DNA from: Paraphysomonas bandaiensis
Taxonomy: Eukaryota > Protista > Chrysophyceae
Length of the DNA: 64,000 nucleotides
Direction: 5' to 3'
Assembly: GCA_965644295.1 (NCBI GenBank)
Contig: CBFFRP010000065.1
Coordinates: 124,001 to 188,000, forward strand
The position numbers and the translations under genes were made by a program. Shown here one piece after another: positions 62,478-64,000 of the stretch; the stretch's first letter is position 1, and each line of letters opens with the position of its first letter. The notes below the pieces were generated by a model, which had not been told where the DNA came from, did not search any database, and was given only the letters and a program-made list of their open reading frames with translations.

Positions 62478-64000
62478 TTACCCCGCAAAATCATCTTCAA
62501 ATACCCAAAATTCAAACTGTGCACATGTAAACTGGTCCATAAAGCTTAATACACGGTTACCATAAGTATCAGACACAGCACTCATCCCATGAGACATGTC
62601 CTCATTCAGCATGAAAGCGAAGCCCTCGCCTCCACCACCCATACCAATGCTAAAGTTCGAAAAATACGCAAAAAGTTCATTCCTACGAGATATGTGAGGC
62701 ATATCTTATCAGAGAATATAAACACCTTATATACCTTTCAGTCCACGGGTAAATCTTTGTGCACGGCAGTGCCTTAAATACGAAACTATCCCCAGAACCG
62801 AAATAGGCTTTGCTCGGTGACATGAACTCTCCGTTAACAAACCCACCAAACACGTAACCCATTGTGTCTTGCACGACAAGCATACACGCCTTGTATGGTT
62901 TGGACAGCATAACATTGCTCAAATATATTAACGACGGCTTATCTTCTTCCAGGGAATATCTGATGTTGCAGTTTAGTCCCAGAACACTATCAGGAAAGCC
63001 CTGAGCTATCACATGAACTGCTGACTGTGACAATATTTTGCTCGCACGACCGACCATTCTGAATGGTTCAGAAGGAGTAACAATTCCATAGGACAGCCTC
63101 TCAACTGCTACTGTATGAATGGTGGACCTATACTCTTCTACCCTTTCCAGTACGAACGCACATACATCAGCCGTGTGTTTCAAACTCCATCGCTCATCCA
63201 AGCCAAGTAGATACTGAAGCACATGAAATCGAAGATTGTTTCTAACTGATTGAAGACTTGCAGAACCTTTTGAAGATGAAATTTCATCATAGTCCACCGC
63301 ATGAGAGCACATGAGTCTACAAAGTAGCACCAAAAGCTCAATTTGTTCGTCAGAGCTGAAGGTATGTTCATTAACTCGCACACCAGATTGACGGTTAAAT
63401 TGATGGCTTCTTCTAGTAGGAAATGTGCTACCAGAATCAAAGTCACTGTTAAAAATAATATCGTTATATGCTCGTCCTGCTATGGCACGTATTTGCGTAT
63501 TCATGATATCATGGTACAGCTCCGTACGGCATGACACAGTCACGCTATCGAGAATCGGAATCCGACGCCGTACGACATCATTCAATAAATTTTTGTCCCC
63601 TGTTCCCACTGGAGGCAATGGTGGCACTTTCGGGTCATACTTAGTCTCGTCTTCAAAGACATTGAAGGTAGTGCTGGTATCACTGCAATCAGTACTGGAT
63701 ATTATAGTCACGTCAGAAGAGGGTGTATGAACCGATCCCAGAAGGCGGAAGGCCACCTCGCAGCTTAGATCAATCCATCTCGCCAGAGCAACACATATTT
63801 CATTTACTCTTTCTTCAGTCTGTTTGTTGTTTGCAGCAAGCATAATACGCACTGCTCCGAGGGGCACCATGAGTTCTGCATGAGGCACAGGTACAGAAAT
63901 AGGCGATTCATACTTGACAACCAGTGACGACACATGTCGCACAGAGTCTTCCAGAGGTTTGACCGGCCTATCATGAACTATATCACTCGATACTGACAAG
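62478..64000 (-). CDS. TLDc-domain protein (OXR1/NCOA7-like), 5' part outside window
   Basis: SKILS...P......RYSL..D..SL, MLVVQDTMGYVFGGF, YFGSGDSFVF, YPWT|.N..F, IGMGGGG..FAF.LN.D...G.S..SDTYGN..LS and FEFWVF. Confidence 0.85.

Overview
Intron-rich eukaryotic nuclear DNA with a standard genetic code and short (~40-80 nt) GT-AG introns. Gene content and style suggest a flagellated stramenopile, possibly a chrysophyte-like ochrophyte (inference, not proven). About 18 protein-coding genes can be reconstructed by eye: DRAM/Frag1-like (partial), mitoribosomal mS34, flavin-reductase-like, PABPN1, mitochondrial ATP synthase gamma, RNF5-like E3, VPS4, mitochondrial KAS/OXSM, Spondin_N, eEF1B-gamma, Tubby, CAMKK-like kinase, membrane-anchored S10 carboxypeptidase, Rid1, signal-peptide UBL/STI1 protein, GT-A-like glycosyltransferase, an ~18 kb VPS13 with PDZ and C2 insertions, and a TLDc protein (partial). 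Twelve of them form six tight head-to-head pairs, and TE debris fills the other intergenic gaps. The most interesting signal is non-coding and invisible in the ORF track: a short non-autonomous retroposon family at 9496-9995 (+) and 37305-37671 (-). Both copies have 13-bp target-site duplications. Their shared 5' end folds like an HDV/Pr77-type self-cleaving ribozyme. Their 3' end is shared with an RNase H-encoding LINE (11052-12994), which also has a 13-bp TSD and is inserted into a Copia relic, and includes a covarying GNRA hairpin. This resembles the ingi/RIME and L1Tc/NARTc pairs of trypanosomatids. A scrambled Gypsy relic with a 76-bp fold-back lies at 60.7-61.9 kb. All exon structures and folds were derived manually and need computational confirmation.
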